Shown in pieces: positions 18,296 through 28,207 of a stretch of 30,401 nucleotides of DNA. The position numbers and the translations under genes are program-made. The first letter of the stretch is position 1, and every line of letters begins with the position of its first letter. The stretch is from the IMG/VR virus record IMGVR_UViG_3300025277_000096, positions 1 through 30,401 of that record, one strand, 5' to 3'. The DNA is from a virus (taxonomy: Duplodnaviria > Caudoviricetes). The notes below the pieces were generated by a model, which saw nothing but the letters and a program-made list of their open reading frames with translations, ran no database searches and was not told the origin of the DNA.

Positions 18296-20122
18296 ATGGC
18301 TGGAAGTACATTCATACAAAAAATAAAATTACTATTCACAGGTGCTAAAGGAGCAACTAAAGATGCTAAGAAGTTTGAATCATCTTTGAAGAAGATTCAG
18401 AAAACAGCAATAACACTAGGTGCAAGTTTCTTTGCTGCTCAAGGCATTATTCAGGGATTTAAAAAGATGGCAGAACTTGCAACACAACATGGAAAAGTTC
18501 AGTCAGGATTCATGGCATTAGGAAAAGAAATTGGAATTACTACCCTTAGTTTAAATAGCTTTAGAGAAGCTGTTAATGGAACTATGAGTGATACTGATTT
18601 AATGACACTTGCTAATCAAGCTATGATGCTTGGAGTGGCTAGTTCTGAGAAAGAAATGGCTAAGTTATTTGATACTGCTCAAAGGCTAGGTAGAGTAATG
18701 GGTGTAGATACTAAAGGATCTATTGAATCACTTGTTACTGGTATTGGTAGGCAATCAATACAAATGCTAGACAATTTAGGAATTATTGTTAAATCAGAAA
18801 CAGCTTATCAATTATATGCTGAATCTATTGGAAAAACATCAAATCAATTAACAGAGCAAGAAAAGAAGTTAGCATTTAATGCAGAAGCTATGCGACAGGC
18901 AACTAATGCTGTGGCTTTATTGGGAGAAGAAAACCTTAATGCTGCTGATAGATTAGATGCATTAACTGTAAGTGCTGAAAACTTTTGGCAAATGACTGGA
19001 ACAGAATGGAGGCAGAATTTAGAAAGATTCTTGGGTCTGTTTGGAGAACAAGCAGGTGGCTCTATTAGTTTTTGGCAAAACTACAGAGCTGCTCAACAAG
19101 CAGCATTTGATGCAGATTATGTTGGAGCAAGAGATCAGATTATAGGTATAGTTTCATCACTTGAGGAAACAAATCCTGTCATTACTGAACAAGGACAATC
19201 TATGGATAAGTGGACAGAAGTTTTCTCAGGCAATATAATAATTCAAAAGAAAATGCTTCAGGATTATATGGATTTGCAATTTGAGAGAGGTGACGTTGAT
19301 CAAAATGTTCTTGCAGCTACTATAATATGGTTTGAAAGGCTTGAAGAATTACAAGTGGCTGAACTTGAGAGATTAAATGATCCTGCATATTTAGCAAGGG
19401 TAGAAAGTATAAAAGAAGAAAATGAAGCAATAGAAAAAAGAGTTGAATTAAGAAAACAAGAAGCAATAGCAGATGAAGAATATTTTGAAATATTGGCTCA
19501 AAGTAGTGCTGCTTGGGAAAATGCAACATTAGCAACAAAGAATCTTGATATGGCAAGAAATGAGTTCTTTGAAAACAGTGAGGGTATCTCATCAGTTGCA
19601 AATCTTTTTACAGCACATATGAAAAACATGGTAGCATCTTCAGATGGTCTTACTAAATCCCAAATAAATTCAGCTATGGCAGTTGGAGCTGCAAATAAAA
19701 GTGCTGCAAAGGCAGCAGGTCAAGCAGCCTCAATGTATATAATGGCTAAAGCACAAGAAGCAGTTGCTTCATTCCTTGCAGATGCATTTAATAAAGGTGG
19801 TATTTTTGGTGGTATTTTAGGAATAGGTGCAGCAGGGGTTGTTGGGAGTTTGTTTTCAGGTGCAGTAAGACAAATTTCTGAAACTGCTTTTGCAGCAGAA
19901 GGTATGAATGAGATAGTAACTGAGCCAACAATGATTATTGCTGGTGAAGAAGGACCTGAGTATGTTGATATTGAGCCTACTACAAATGAGGGTGCAGGTA
20001 GAGGTGGTGGTGTTAATATTTCTTTTACTGGGAATGTTCTAAGTTCAGATTTTATTGAGAATGAAGCTGTTCCACTTATTAAAGAAGCATTAAGAAAAGG
20101 TGGAGATATAGGCATTTCATGA
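18296..20122 (+). CDS. Tape measure protein
   Basis: Helical and Ala-rich; GIGRQSIQMLDNLGI; Gly-rich hydrophobic segment; C-terminal AEG...VTEPTMIIAGEEGPE. Confidence 0.88.
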   Translation: MAGSTFIQKIKLLFTGAKGATKDAKKFESSLKKIQKTAITLGASFFAAQGIIQGFKKMAELATQHGKVQSGFMALGKEIGITTLSLNSFREAVNGTMSDTDLMTLANQAMMLGVASSEKEMAKLFDTAQRLGRVMGVDTKGSIESLVTGIGRQSIQMLDNLGIIVKSETAYQLYAESIGKTSNQLTEQEKKLAFNAEAMRQATNAVALLGEENLNAADRLDALTVSAENFWQMTGTEWRQNLERFLGLFGEQAGGSISFWQNYRAAQQAAFDADYVGARDQIIGIVSSLEETNPVITEQGQSMDKWTEVFSGNIIIQKKMLQDYMDLQFERGDVDQNVLAATIIWFERLEELQVAELERLNDPAYLARVESIKEENEAIEKRVELRKQEAIADEEYFEILAQSSAAWENATLATKNLDMARNEFFENSEGISSVANLFTAHMKNMVASSDGLTKSQINSAMAVGAANKSAAKAAGQAASMYIMAKAQEAVASFLADAFNKGGIFGGILGIGAAGVVGSLFSGAVRQISETAFAAEGMNEIVTEPTMIIAGEEGPEYVDIEPTTNEGAGRGGGVNISFTGNVLSSDFIENEAVPLIKEALRKGGDIGIS

Positions 20123-21927
20123 TAACCTTATCAGAAAGATTCTCAAATGATATACAGGGAAAAGATACTTATTTAATTCCACTTGTTATTATTGATAATA
20201 GGTTTTATTTATCTACAAACAAATTAACCCTAGAAAATCATTATGATCCACTTGTTAAAAGCATAGGTAACATCAAAGAATCTATAGATACAACTAGCAA
20301 GAAATTTAAAATATCTAGTGTTTCTATCAAGTTCTTTAATTTTGAATATAATGGAGAAAGGATTACAGATAGACTATTTGAACAATCTGTAATGAACTCA
20401 AGGGTAGATATATATTATAAATCTCCATCATGTGAATCTTTGGAAGATTGTATGAAATTATATTCAGGATATATTAGAGATATAAAAGAAAATGCAGATT
20501 TATTAAGTATAGAAATTGAAGATGTAACAGAAACCTCTCTACATAAAAAAGTTCCTTATAGATATACACCATCAGAAGGGTTGCCTGAAAAACATCAGAA
20601 CAAACTTATTCCTATGGTTTATGGTTTTGTAGATAAATCTCCTCTTGTATATTCTCCTTATCCATTGCCTGATGGCTTTGGTGATAACAAATTTATATTA
20701 GATTCAGATGATTTAGATATAAAATCAATAGATGTTCTACAAATATTCACAAATGATGTTTATTTGAATGTAAAAAGAGATGCAGATCTTCTGATCGCAG
20801 AAATTGTAGATACATTATATCAAGGATTGCTAGAAAATCAATGGATAGAAACTAATAATCAGATAATAATTGATAAAACAGTAAGCACAGACTGGAGTTC
20901 AGAAGCAACAGTAGATTATGGTGTTGGAACTCCACTTACACATGGATTTGCAGAAATAGAACAGACTTCTGATGTAAAATATGTGGGAGGGGTACATAAA
21001 ATAAACTATGATAGTAGTGGGGAGATAAAAACAAATATTATGGCTTTTCAAGATTCTGAGGGTACAATAGAATCAGATGGAAACACTGATGGATTGTATT
21101 TAATGATTAAACAATTTGGGAATGAACATGAGTTAGACTTTGGTATTCCATCATGGGTTTGGGGAGATCCTTCAAATATTTACCTTCTTCCTATTGAGGT
21201 TGATGGAGAGGTGGTGTTGGTATATTATGGAGAGAGTTTTATGACTTTTGAAATTAATTCTTCTTTAGCATCAGATTCTGATTTATTAAAAGGGTTGGTT
21301 GAAAATGTAGAGGGTGATATAAAAGAAATAAAGGGGATAATTAAGCTAAATTATGATTTTGAGGCATTTGCAAAAGACAATCCAACTGCCAATGAGCCAA
21401 CATATCCTATTTTGTTTTTTTCACAAGTAGGATTGGGGTTTGGAATGCCATTATTTCCTGAATGGGATTCTCAAGGACTACTTGATTATGAAACAATAAG
21501 CAAATCAGGGGATACATCTTTTCCAGTTAAAGATATTACAAGCAACAAGTTTTCAATAGGAGATAGTGCTGCTCTTCAGGCTGCCATTTCCAATCTTATA
21601 GATATTTTCTTTGATTGGTTTGGAGCACCTCCTAGCGATTTTCAATTTGATTCACAAGCACTTATGGATTGGTTTAAAATAAACCATCTAAATGTAACAA
21701 GAACAGCAATATTAAAAGATTTTAATAAGTATGATTTATATGCTTCTGTAGATGGTAGAGTAGATGATATAAATGGAACATATACTGGACAGGGAACAAC
21801 TGTACTTGGTGGAGAAGTAGGAACTCAACAAAGGCAAGAAATTGCTATAAGCAGACCTCAATCACCAAGACCAGTAAAACAAGTTAAGCAAGTTAAAAAG
21901 AAAACAGATAAAGGGAGTGCATACTAG
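20119..21927 (+). CDS. Tail tip/baseplate protein
   Basis: Directly after the tape measure; YSGYI.DI and KLIPMVYG motifs of tail hub N-termini. Confidence 0.65.
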   Translation: MITLSERFSNDIQGKDTYLIPLVIIDNRFYLSTNKLTLENHYDPLVKSIGNIKESIDTTSKKFKISSVSIKFFNFEYNGERITDRLFEQSVMNSRVDIYYKSPSCESLEDCMKLYSGYIRDIKENADLLSIEIEDVTETSLHKKVPYRYTPSEGLPEKHQNKLIPMVYGFVDKSPLVYSPYPLPDGFGDNKFILDSDDLDIKSIDVLQIFTNDVYLNVKRDADLLIAEIVDTLYQGLLENQWIETNNQIIIDKTVSTDWSSEATVDYGVGTPLTHGFAEIEQTSDVKYVGGVHKINYDSSGEIKTNIMAFQDSEGTIESDGNTDGLYLMIKQFGNEHELDFGIPSWVWGDPSNIYLLPIEVDGEVVLVYYGESFMTFEINSSLASDSDLLKGLVENVEGDIKEIKGIIKLNYDFEAFAKDNPTANEPTYPILFFSQVGLGFGMPLFPEWDSQGLLDYETISKSGDTSFPVKDITSNKFSIGDSAALQAAISNLIDIFFDWFGAPPSDFQFDSQALMDWFKINHLNVTRTAILKDFNKYDLYASVDGRVDDINGTYTGQGTTVLGGEVGTQQRQEIAISRPQSPRPVKQVKQVKKKTDKGSAY

Positions 21928-24434
21928 TGGCTCTTATATATGAATTAGCACACCCTCTATTAATAGATGATACTCAGATTACTTTTAGAATAAAAGATCA
22001 TTTAGATGCTGATTTAACTACAACTGAAGATGGATTAAAACTTGTTAATGCTTTCACTTATATGAACTCAGCAGATTTTACTAATGACACTAACAATGTT
22101 GGAACAATATTAACAATTAGAAACTTTGCATGGACATTAGGACATGGATATGAGGCTGGTGGATTTGATTATAGTGGATATTTTCAAGCATTAGATGGTC
22201 TATCAGGTAATTCCCACACCTATAATCAAGGCACTCTTGGTGTTTCTGAACCATATATATCAACTACATTACCTGCATATAGGTTTCTACATGGGGCTGA
22301 TATTGCTAGCAATGGTGCTAGTGATTCAACATTTTGGGGAGATGTTGCTGGATATTCATATAGTTCTCCTGAATCAATAGTTTGGGAGGCTGGAAATGAA
22401 AATTATAGCGTATTAATAACTTTTAATCTTCCTACAAGTGGATCACATTGGGAATCTGATTATGTAAGGTGCAAACACATGGATACTCTGTGGGATAGCA
22501 ACGCTCTTGTTGCTGGGTTTGATGTAACTATGGGAGATGCTCCTTTTGTTGAGCAAATTCCAACTGAGGCTTGGATTAATTGGGTTAATATTAATAAAGT
22601 TGATTTTTATGGATATGAGGGTTGCATTGGTGCAATTTTTTCTATTCTTGAGATTGATGCAAGTAGTAATCCTACAGAACTAATAAAAATATACCCAACA
22701 TCTGAAGTTCCTGAAATTGCTGATTCTTTCACTTCTCAAGTGACTTCCCTTCAGCCTTATGTGTGGGGAGCAAATCCTCCTAATTATATACCAATAGAAG
22801 AAGCAACTACATATAATTTTGGGTTATCTATAACAGATATAAATATTCCTACTTCAGTTGTTGAGAATGAAACAGTAGAGTGCAGTTTTAAGATTAATTC
22901 TGTAGATTTTAATGGACAAGTTAATACTACAATATTTGGCATTTCTTTTCAGAATAATTTAGGAGAAGAAGTAATAGTTAATTATGGAACTATTCAATGG
23001 GAAGGGGGAGATGATACAACCCAATCTTATGATATAACAGCAGGTGGGCAAATACAAGCAAATTTCACATATACAGCAAATGATGTTGCAACACAACAAA
23101 CAGATAGTTTTTATATATTTTCTCAAATGATTACACTTGATGCGAGTGCTTATGGTGATGATAGTGATGATGCTCAAAGTCAGTTTAATCAACTCGTGGA
23201 AGAAGAGGGAGATATATTTGAAGGGGGACAGCTTGGAACATTTGCTGATACTCCATATATTCAAGTTCTAGATGAAGGACAAGATCCTGATGATGTGGAA
23301 ATACCTAGCGAATTTGCTATTGTTAAACCTTCAGATATTATTTATCACTTAGCAAAGACAGAGCTTGGATATGATAAAGATATAGATCCCAATTCTATCG
23401 ATGAATCTAGAGCCAATCATGATGATGGTTGGGATTTAGGATTCTGTATAAATAAAGAAATAGATAGCAAGAAATTAATACAAGAAATATCTCAATCAAG
23501 CAAATCATTCCCAACCTTTTCAAATGATAGATTAAAATTCATTACTATAAAAAGCACTTATGATGGAACTGAAGATATAAATACTATTAAAAGTGCTGAA
23601 GTTATTAAATATAATTTTTCAAGAACTAAGATAGAAGATGTTAAAACTCAGATTGAAGTTAAGCATAAATATGATTATGGATTAAAGAATCATATAGAAA
23701 CTACTGGTGAAATAAAGATTAATGAACATTATGTAGTGAATAATGCTTATTGGCTCACAGGAACTTATGGTGATTTGTTGGGAGGAAATCTTATATTGAA
23801 TAATTATTATGGAATTAAAAGAACTGATACTGCAATAGATCATATAGATACATTCTTAACAGTTGAAAATGATTATATAAGAGAGTCAGGCTTGGCTGAG
23901 AGGTTTGCTAGATATTTATTATACTGGCACATGAATCAGCACAATATTGTTGAACTCACATTACCTTTAAAGTATTTTGCTCTAGAGATTGGAGATTTAA
24001 TTGAGTTTGATGATATGATATTAGGCAAAAAAGTATATGGGGAAAATTATTCAAGAACTGGAGTTGATTTTGATATGCCTTTTAGATGTGGTCAATATAT
24101 CTTGCCTTTGTTTATGGTTACAGAAACTAGCAAAAGCATAAAAGATATTAAAATTAAAGCCATACAGCTACATAACATGACTACTGGAGAATTAAATTAT
24201 AAAGGGGAGGTATATCCATCAATAGATGAATCAGATGTAAATCCACAAGATTTTCCTACTGATATTCCTGAAGATGAAGAAATAATTGTTTATCCTGAAG
24301 GGGATTTGAATCAAGATGGTATTGTAAATGTGTTAGATGCTATACTCTTAATTCAGATAATATTATATGGTGACCAAGAAGGTGGAAATTCAAATGATTT
24401 AATTGATTCCTTAGATGATATGTTAGATGAATAA
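21927..24434 (+). CDS. Large tail tip/hub protein with C-terminal dockerin-like Ca-binding motif
   Basis: KPSDIIYHL...ELG and LEIGDLIEF hub-like motifs; C-terminal GDLNQDGIVNVLDAILLIQIIL after an acidic Pro-rich linker. Confidence 0.7.
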   Translation: MALIYELAHPLLIDDTQITFRIKDHLDADLTTTEDGLKLVNAFTYMNSADFTNDTNNVGTILTIRNFAWTLGHGYEAGGFDYSGYFQALDGLSGNSHTYNQGTLGVSEPYISTTLPAYRFLHGADIASNGASDSTFWGDVAGYSYSSPESIVWEAGNENYSVLITFNLPTSGSHWESDYVRCKHMDTLWDSNALVAGFDVTMGDAPFVEQIPTEAWINWVNINKVDFYGYEGCIGAIFSILEIDASSNPTELIKIYPTSEVPEIADSFTSQVTSLQPYVWGANPPNYIPIEEATTYNFGLSITDINIPTSVVENETVECSFKINSVDFNGQVNTTIFGISFQNNLGEEVIVNYGTIQWEGGDDTTQSYDITAGGQIQANFTYTANDVATQQTDSFYIFSQMITLDASAYGDDSDDAQSQFNQLVEEEGDIFEGGQLGTFADTPYIQVLDEGQDPDDVEIPSEFAIVKPSDIIYHLAKTELGYDKDIDPNSIDESRANHDDGWDLGFCINKEIDSKKLIQEISQSSKSFPTFSNDRLKFITIKSTYDGTEDINTIKSAEVIKYNFSRTKIEDVKTQIEVKHKYDYGLKNHIETTGEIKINEHYVVNNAYWLTGTYGDLLGGNLILNNYYGIKRTDTAIDHIDTFLTVENDYIRESGLAERFARYLLYWHMNQHNIVELTLPLKYFALEIGDLIEFDDMILGKKVYGENYSRTGVDFDMPFRCGQYILPLFMVTETSKSIKDIKIKAIQLHNMTTGELNYKGEVYPSIDESDVNPQDFPTDIPEDEEIIVYPEGDLNQDGIVNVLDAILLIQIILYGDQEGGNSNDLIDSLDDMLDE

Positions 24435-24864
24435 AACAGATTTAATAAATAGAAAAAATTTACCTGTAGCCAGTACAGGAACTCTCAAATATGGGAGAGG
24501 AGATGTTATCTTTGAAACCAATGGAGAGATAGCAGTCTTTGAAATTGGTTATATTGGAGCAGTAAGAGGGTTTAAAAAATTAGGAAAGGGTTGGATTATA
24601 AAAGCATCTAGTAGTAAGATAATTATATTCAGCACAGCACAAGTAGAATTATCAGAATTATTATTTACCTATATTGGAGAATTAAAGATAACTAGCTGTA
24701 AATGTACTTGCTGGGATAAAACAAAATTTCATGCTAGAGTTCAGAACTTAAATAGAAATGATTGGAATATAAATTATGGTGAGTGGGGATCTGATGCTAG
24801 GAAATATGAAGAAATAGAAACACAAAAGATAATTAGAAGAAAGGTGAGAAAAACATTATTTTAG
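24427..24864 (+). CDS. Hypothetical beta-rich basic protein, possibly cohesin-like
   Basis: Overlaps the upstream gene; alternating hydrophobic strands (ETNGEIAVFEIGY...GWII...KIIIFS...LLFTY.G). Confidence 0.45.
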   Translation: MNKTDLINRKNLPVASTGTLKYGRGDVIFETNGEIAVFEIGYIGAVRGFKKLGKGWIIKASSSKIIIFSTAQVELSELLFTYIGELKITSCKCTCWDKTKFHARVQNLNRNDWNINYGEWGSDARKYEEIETQKIIRRKVRKTLF

Positions 24865-24873
24865 GAGAAAGAA

Positions 24874-26082
24874 ATGGCTAAAAGACAAGTTGGCAAATGT
24901 AGATTTTATGCAGATATTCCAAGTTACTTAAAAATATTGGGAAGCTATGGTGGATCAGAAGGATTTTATACAGAAGAAGAAGGAGCTGATGTGGTTGATG
25001 CTTTTCCTTTAGATAATCCTGAAAATGTTTGGCAAATGAATCCCTCTCAAACTACAACCTATGAAGTTCCTAATATTGGTTTTCCATATTGGAAATTTTG
25101 GATAAATACTCAGCTTGGATTGTCAGATGAGGAACTATTAGCATTGCCTCAAAATAGAGAACTTGCTGAACTTATAACCAACATTCCTTCAAGCACATCT
25201 TCAGGTTTATATGCAGGGATTCTAGGGCATAATATTGGAACTAATGCTGCAAATGCATTGCCACAAATAACTGTTGGAGGATATGAAATAATTGAGGGTT
25301 CAGTAGATTTTGGAGAAGATGGTACTGAGGGAACTGGAGATGATATAATAACTGAAGAATCCACAACACTTCAACTTGCTAATGGTGTAAATAGTTTTAA
25401 TGAAATTGTTAATTTTCCTGCAGAAGACTCTCTCATTGAACATAATGGATATTCTTTAATTGATATAACAGGCTTTGAGTATAATGTTAATCATGTTTTT
25501 AATATTGGATTTAATGTAAATGTTGGAGATGTTGATGAAGTTGATATAGGAGCATTTACTTTTGGGCGTTGGTTCGAACCTGAACATGCCTTTGACATTA
25601 AAGCAACTATAGACCATAGCTATGATGGTGTTAAGCTACAAAATACTATAGGAGGAAGCACTTTATCTAATATTAGCTATCTAGGGCAAAATAATTGGGG
25701 AAACCTTCCTGCATGGACATTAGAAAAACAAGAAGGACATGATTATAATATTGGAGCAAACAGGGCAAGAAGAAGCTGGAAAGTAGGACTTAGCTATTTA
25801 ACTGATGATAATCTTTTTGATAAAGCAGGAAATGAAAATAAATTCTTTACTTGGACAGATCAAGTAGATGGAGAAGATGGAGATCCTGAATATGTATTTG
25901 ATAGCAGTTTATCCTCATTTTTCAAGCTCAGCTTAATGGGCAAACTACCTTTTATCTTCTGCCCTGATTCAAGTGCTGATGATTTAGAATTTGCATTATG
26001 TAGAATTACCAACAAACCTTCCTTCAAGCAGGTAGCGAACAACCTGTTTTCAACCTCCCTCGTAATAACAGAAACTTACTAA
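24874..26082 (+). CDS. Putative tail protein (distal-tail-like C-terminus)
   Basis: RBS AGGAG; RRSWKVGLSYL, PFIFCPD and terminal FSTSLVITETY; last gene of the structural block. Confidence 0.55.
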   Translation: MAKRQVGKCRFYADIPSYLKILGSYGGSEGFYTEEEGADVVDAFPLDNPENVWQMNPSQTTTYEVPNIGFPYWKFWINTQLGLSDEELLALPQNRELAELITNIPSSTSSGLYAGILGHNIGTNAANALPQITVGGYEIIEGSVDFGEDGTEGTGDDIITEESTTLQLANGVNSFNEIVNFPAEDSLIEHNGYSLIDITGFEYNVNHVFNIGFNVNVGDVDEVDIGAFTFGRWFEPEHAFDIKATIDHSYDGVKLQNTIGGSTLSNISYLGQNNWGNLPAWTLEKQEGHDYNIGANRARRSWKVGLSYLTDDNLFDKAGNENKFFTWTDQVDGEDGDPEYVFDSSLSSFFKLSLMGKLPFIFCPDSSADDLEFALCRITNKPSFKQVANNLFSTSLVITETY

Positions 26083-26107
26083 TATAAATAAGATAATAGC
26101 ACACATT

Positions 26108-26135
26108 AAAGGCTCTTAATTGAGCCTTTTGTGTT
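26108..26135 (+). terminator. Intrinsic terminator ending the late operon
   Basis: AAAGGCTC-TTAATT-GAGCCTTT followed by TGTGTT. Confidence 0.8.
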
Positions 26136-26185
26136 ACTAGATATATATTTGTTATATTAATTTCTCCTTATAAATAAAAGAAAAG

Positions 26186-26215
26186 TTGCTTTTAATGTAT
26201 ATTTATAGTTATATT
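26186..26215 (+). promoter_or_regulatory. Sigma70-like early promoter
   Basis: TTGCTT (26186-26191), 18 nt spacer, TATATT (26210-26215), with an A-rich upstream tract. Confidence 0.6.
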
Positions 26216-26256
26216 TAGGGAGGTTAGGGTTAATTAAATAAATGGAGATTAAAAAC

Positions 26257-26892
26257 ATGAATACAAAAGAAAATAAATATACAAAATCAAAAGAAATAAT
26301 AACTAACTCAAAATTCACTTTAAAAGGTGTGAAAACATTTTTAGGTAGAGAAGGTTATGGAGTAAATGCTACTTTATATTATGAAGGTAAAAAGGTTGCA
26401 TTTTTGTTAGATAGTGGTAATGGTGGAGAGTTAAGTGTAGATTGGGAAAGTAAGTATGATAGGAAAAAAGAGGAATTTATAAGAATACCTATAGTTGAAG
26501 AAGCTAAATTATATAGAGATACTCTTATTAATTCTTTACCAAAAACTACTTGGGGAGATTTAAGCGAAGCTAGGGGAGAAAAATCTATAATAGATTCTAA
26601 AGATGACTACACTTGGGATACTGAGGCTATTATGAATACTTTAGTAGATTATGAATTAGATAATAAAGAGTGGAAAAAGAACTTGAGAAATCTTTGCATA
26701 TTTAAAACTAAAGAAAAACAAATAATCAAGTTTAGGACAAAAGTAAAAGATTTTAATAATATTACCAATACAAAGAAATATGGTAGTATTAAAGTAATAG
26801 AGTATTTTGAGAAAGAATATAAAGATTGTGTAATACTTAATCTTCTACCTCAGAATAAGGCTTTTGAGTATTTTGTTAAATATATTAAATAG
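26257..26892 (+). CDS. Early hypothetical protein (start revised to ATG 26257)
   Basis: GGAG at 26244-26247 serves as RBS for ATG 26257; N-terminal KGVKTFLGREGYGVNATLY. Confidence 0.7.
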   Translation: MNTKENKYTKSKEIITNSKFTLKGVKTFLGREGYGVNATLYYEGKKVAFLLDSGNGGELSVDWESKYDRKKEEFIRIPIVEEAKLYRDTLINSLPKTTWGDLSEARGEKSIIDSKDDYTWDTEAIMNTLVDYELDNKEWKKNLRNLCIFKTKEKQIIKFRTKVKDFNNITNTKKYGSIKVIEYFEKEYKDCVILNLLPQNKAFEYFVKYIK

Positions 26893-26915
26893 GTTAATGA
26901 AATAAATAAACTTCT

Positions 26916-26977
26916 TTGGCACATAGAAGGTAGAGGATAGCTTAAGGTGATACCAATCCAATACAAAAATGTGCCAA
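26916..26977 (+). other. Intergenic nested stem-loop
   Basis: TTGGCACAT/ATGTGCCAA perfect 9 bp; inner GTA/TAC, GGAT/ATCC and GGT/ACC pairings. Confidence 0.5.
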
Positions 26978-27019
26978 TAATTTGAAAGGTTAAATAAATA
27001 ATAAAATGGAGATTAAAAA

Positions 27020-27241
27020 ATGAAGAAAGTAAAATTATTAGTAATAGCAAAAGATTATAATGGTCATAAAGATATATTATTTATGATGAATGAAAATGAT
27101 AGCAGAATTACTGAAAATGGTAAATCAAATAATGGCAACTATGAGATTTTAGATTATGGTGATTTTGAAAATAATATATTGACAGTAAGTGATAATGTTA
27201 AATATAAAGTGTTTGAAGATTGGAGTGTAAAGGAAATATAA
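27020..27241 (+). CDS. Hypothetical protein, 73 aa
   Basis: Leader ATGGAGATTAAA containing the RBS. Confidence 0.7.
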   Translation: MKKVKLLVIAKDYNGHKDILFMMNENDSRITENGKSNNGNYEILDYGDFENNILTVSDNVKYKVFEDWSVKEI

Positions 27242-27255
27242 ATAGGGAGAAAACA

Positions 27256-27339
27256 ATGAGAGAAAAAATCACTAGCATAATATTTTATATATGTCAGTTA
27301 TACTTGATTTATCTATTAATTATGGAACTTTTAAAATAA
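27256..27339 (+). CDS. Small hydrophobic peptide, 27 aa (absent from the ORF track)
   Basis: RBS GGGAG; MREKITSIIFYICQLYLIYLLIMELLK; fills the intergenic gap. Confidence 0.5.
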   Translation: MREKITSIIFYICQLYLIYLLIMELLK

Positions 27340-27352
27340 GGAAGGAGAATAC

Positions 27353-27604
27353 ATGAGTGAATATTATTTAAGAGTAGATGAACATACTCCAATGCTTTTA
27401 AAGGCTTTGATTAGATATGGACCTTATAGGCAGAATTATTATGCTAAAGAATTGGGGATTAAGCCTAGCAATTTATCATCTTACTTGAATGGAAAAAAGA
27501 AGATGTCAAAAGAATTATGTGGTAATTTGTTGGGGTTATTAGGATTCAATCCTTCATACCCATATATACACATAGAAAACAATTTAAGATTTACAAATAA
27601 ATAA
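27353..27604 (+). CDS. XRE/Cro-like HTH regulator
   Basis: QNYYAKELGIKPSNLSSYLNGKK HTH pattern. Confidence 0.85.
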   Translation: MSEYYLRVDEHTPMLLKALIRYGPYRQNYYAKELGIKPSNLSSYLNGKKKMSKELCGNLLGLLGFNPSYPYIHIENNLRFTNK

Positions 27605-27619
27605 ACAAAGGAGGGCATT

Positions 27620-28207
27620 ATGCCTGTAAAAATACATGGGAAAGATTACACAACTTGTGCAGAAAGATTAGCAACTTTTCACAAGAGATTTAAAGACCAA
27701 ACTAAATCAATTATCACAGAGATTATTCAATTCAAAGATGGTATTGTTGTAGTGAAGGCAGTAGTCAAGGTTGGTGAGGAAGTTTATGTTGGTCATGCTT
27801 ATGAAGAAATAGGCTCAACACAGATTAATACTACAAGTGCTTTGGAGAATGGAGAAACAAGTGCAATTTCTAGGGCAATGAAATTCTGCTTAGGTGATGT
27901 TGATATATCTAATGAGATAGCTAGTGCAGAAGAAGTGGCTACTGCTATAAATAAGCAACAAAATGCACCCTCTAAGCCTGAAAAAGTTGATTTGAGTGGT
28001 GATGGTTGGAGAGATGAGCCTATTGGCTTTAAAAAGGGAAAAAATGAAGGCAAGAGTTATAGAGAAGTAGATGAGGAAACTCTTGTGTGGATCATAAATG
28101 ATTGTAAGGTTGAAACTTGGAAGCAGAAAGCAGTTGCAGAAATGAAGCTAAGAGAAAATAAACCACAGGAAGCTGCTACAGAAGAAGCAGATGAATTGTT
28201 TGCATAA
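27620..28207 (+). CDS. Putative Sak/Rad52-like single-strand annealing protein
   Basis: KIHGKDY...ERL, GHAYE and SALENGETSAISRA; small C-terminal domain GFKKGKNEGKSYREVD...LVWI. Confidence 0.6.
   Translation: MPVKIHGKDYTTCAERLATFHKRFKDQTKSIITEIIQFKDGIVVVKAVVKVGEEVYVGHAYEEIGSTQINTTSALENGETSAISRAMKFCLGDVDISNEIASAEEVATAINKQQNAPSKPEKVDLSGDGWRDEPIGFKKGKNEGKSYREVDEETLVWIINDCKVETWKQKAVAEMKLRENKPQEAATEEADELFA

Noticed and set aside
22195-22380. Nested + strand alternative-frame ORFs (also 29780-29977)
   Set aside because: Fully inside longer motif-bearing genes, with no supporting RBS or motif.
26155-26172. TTTCTCCTTA as a minus-strand RBS for a divergent gene, or as an anti-SD RNA
   Set aside because: No properly spaced start codon or ORF follows on the minus strand, and it lies between the late terminator and early promoter, where + strand transcription is unlikely.
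26916-26977. tRNA or self-cleaving ribozyme
   Set aside because: No cloverleaf or T-loop (GTTC) motif and no hammerhead CTGATGA core is seen.
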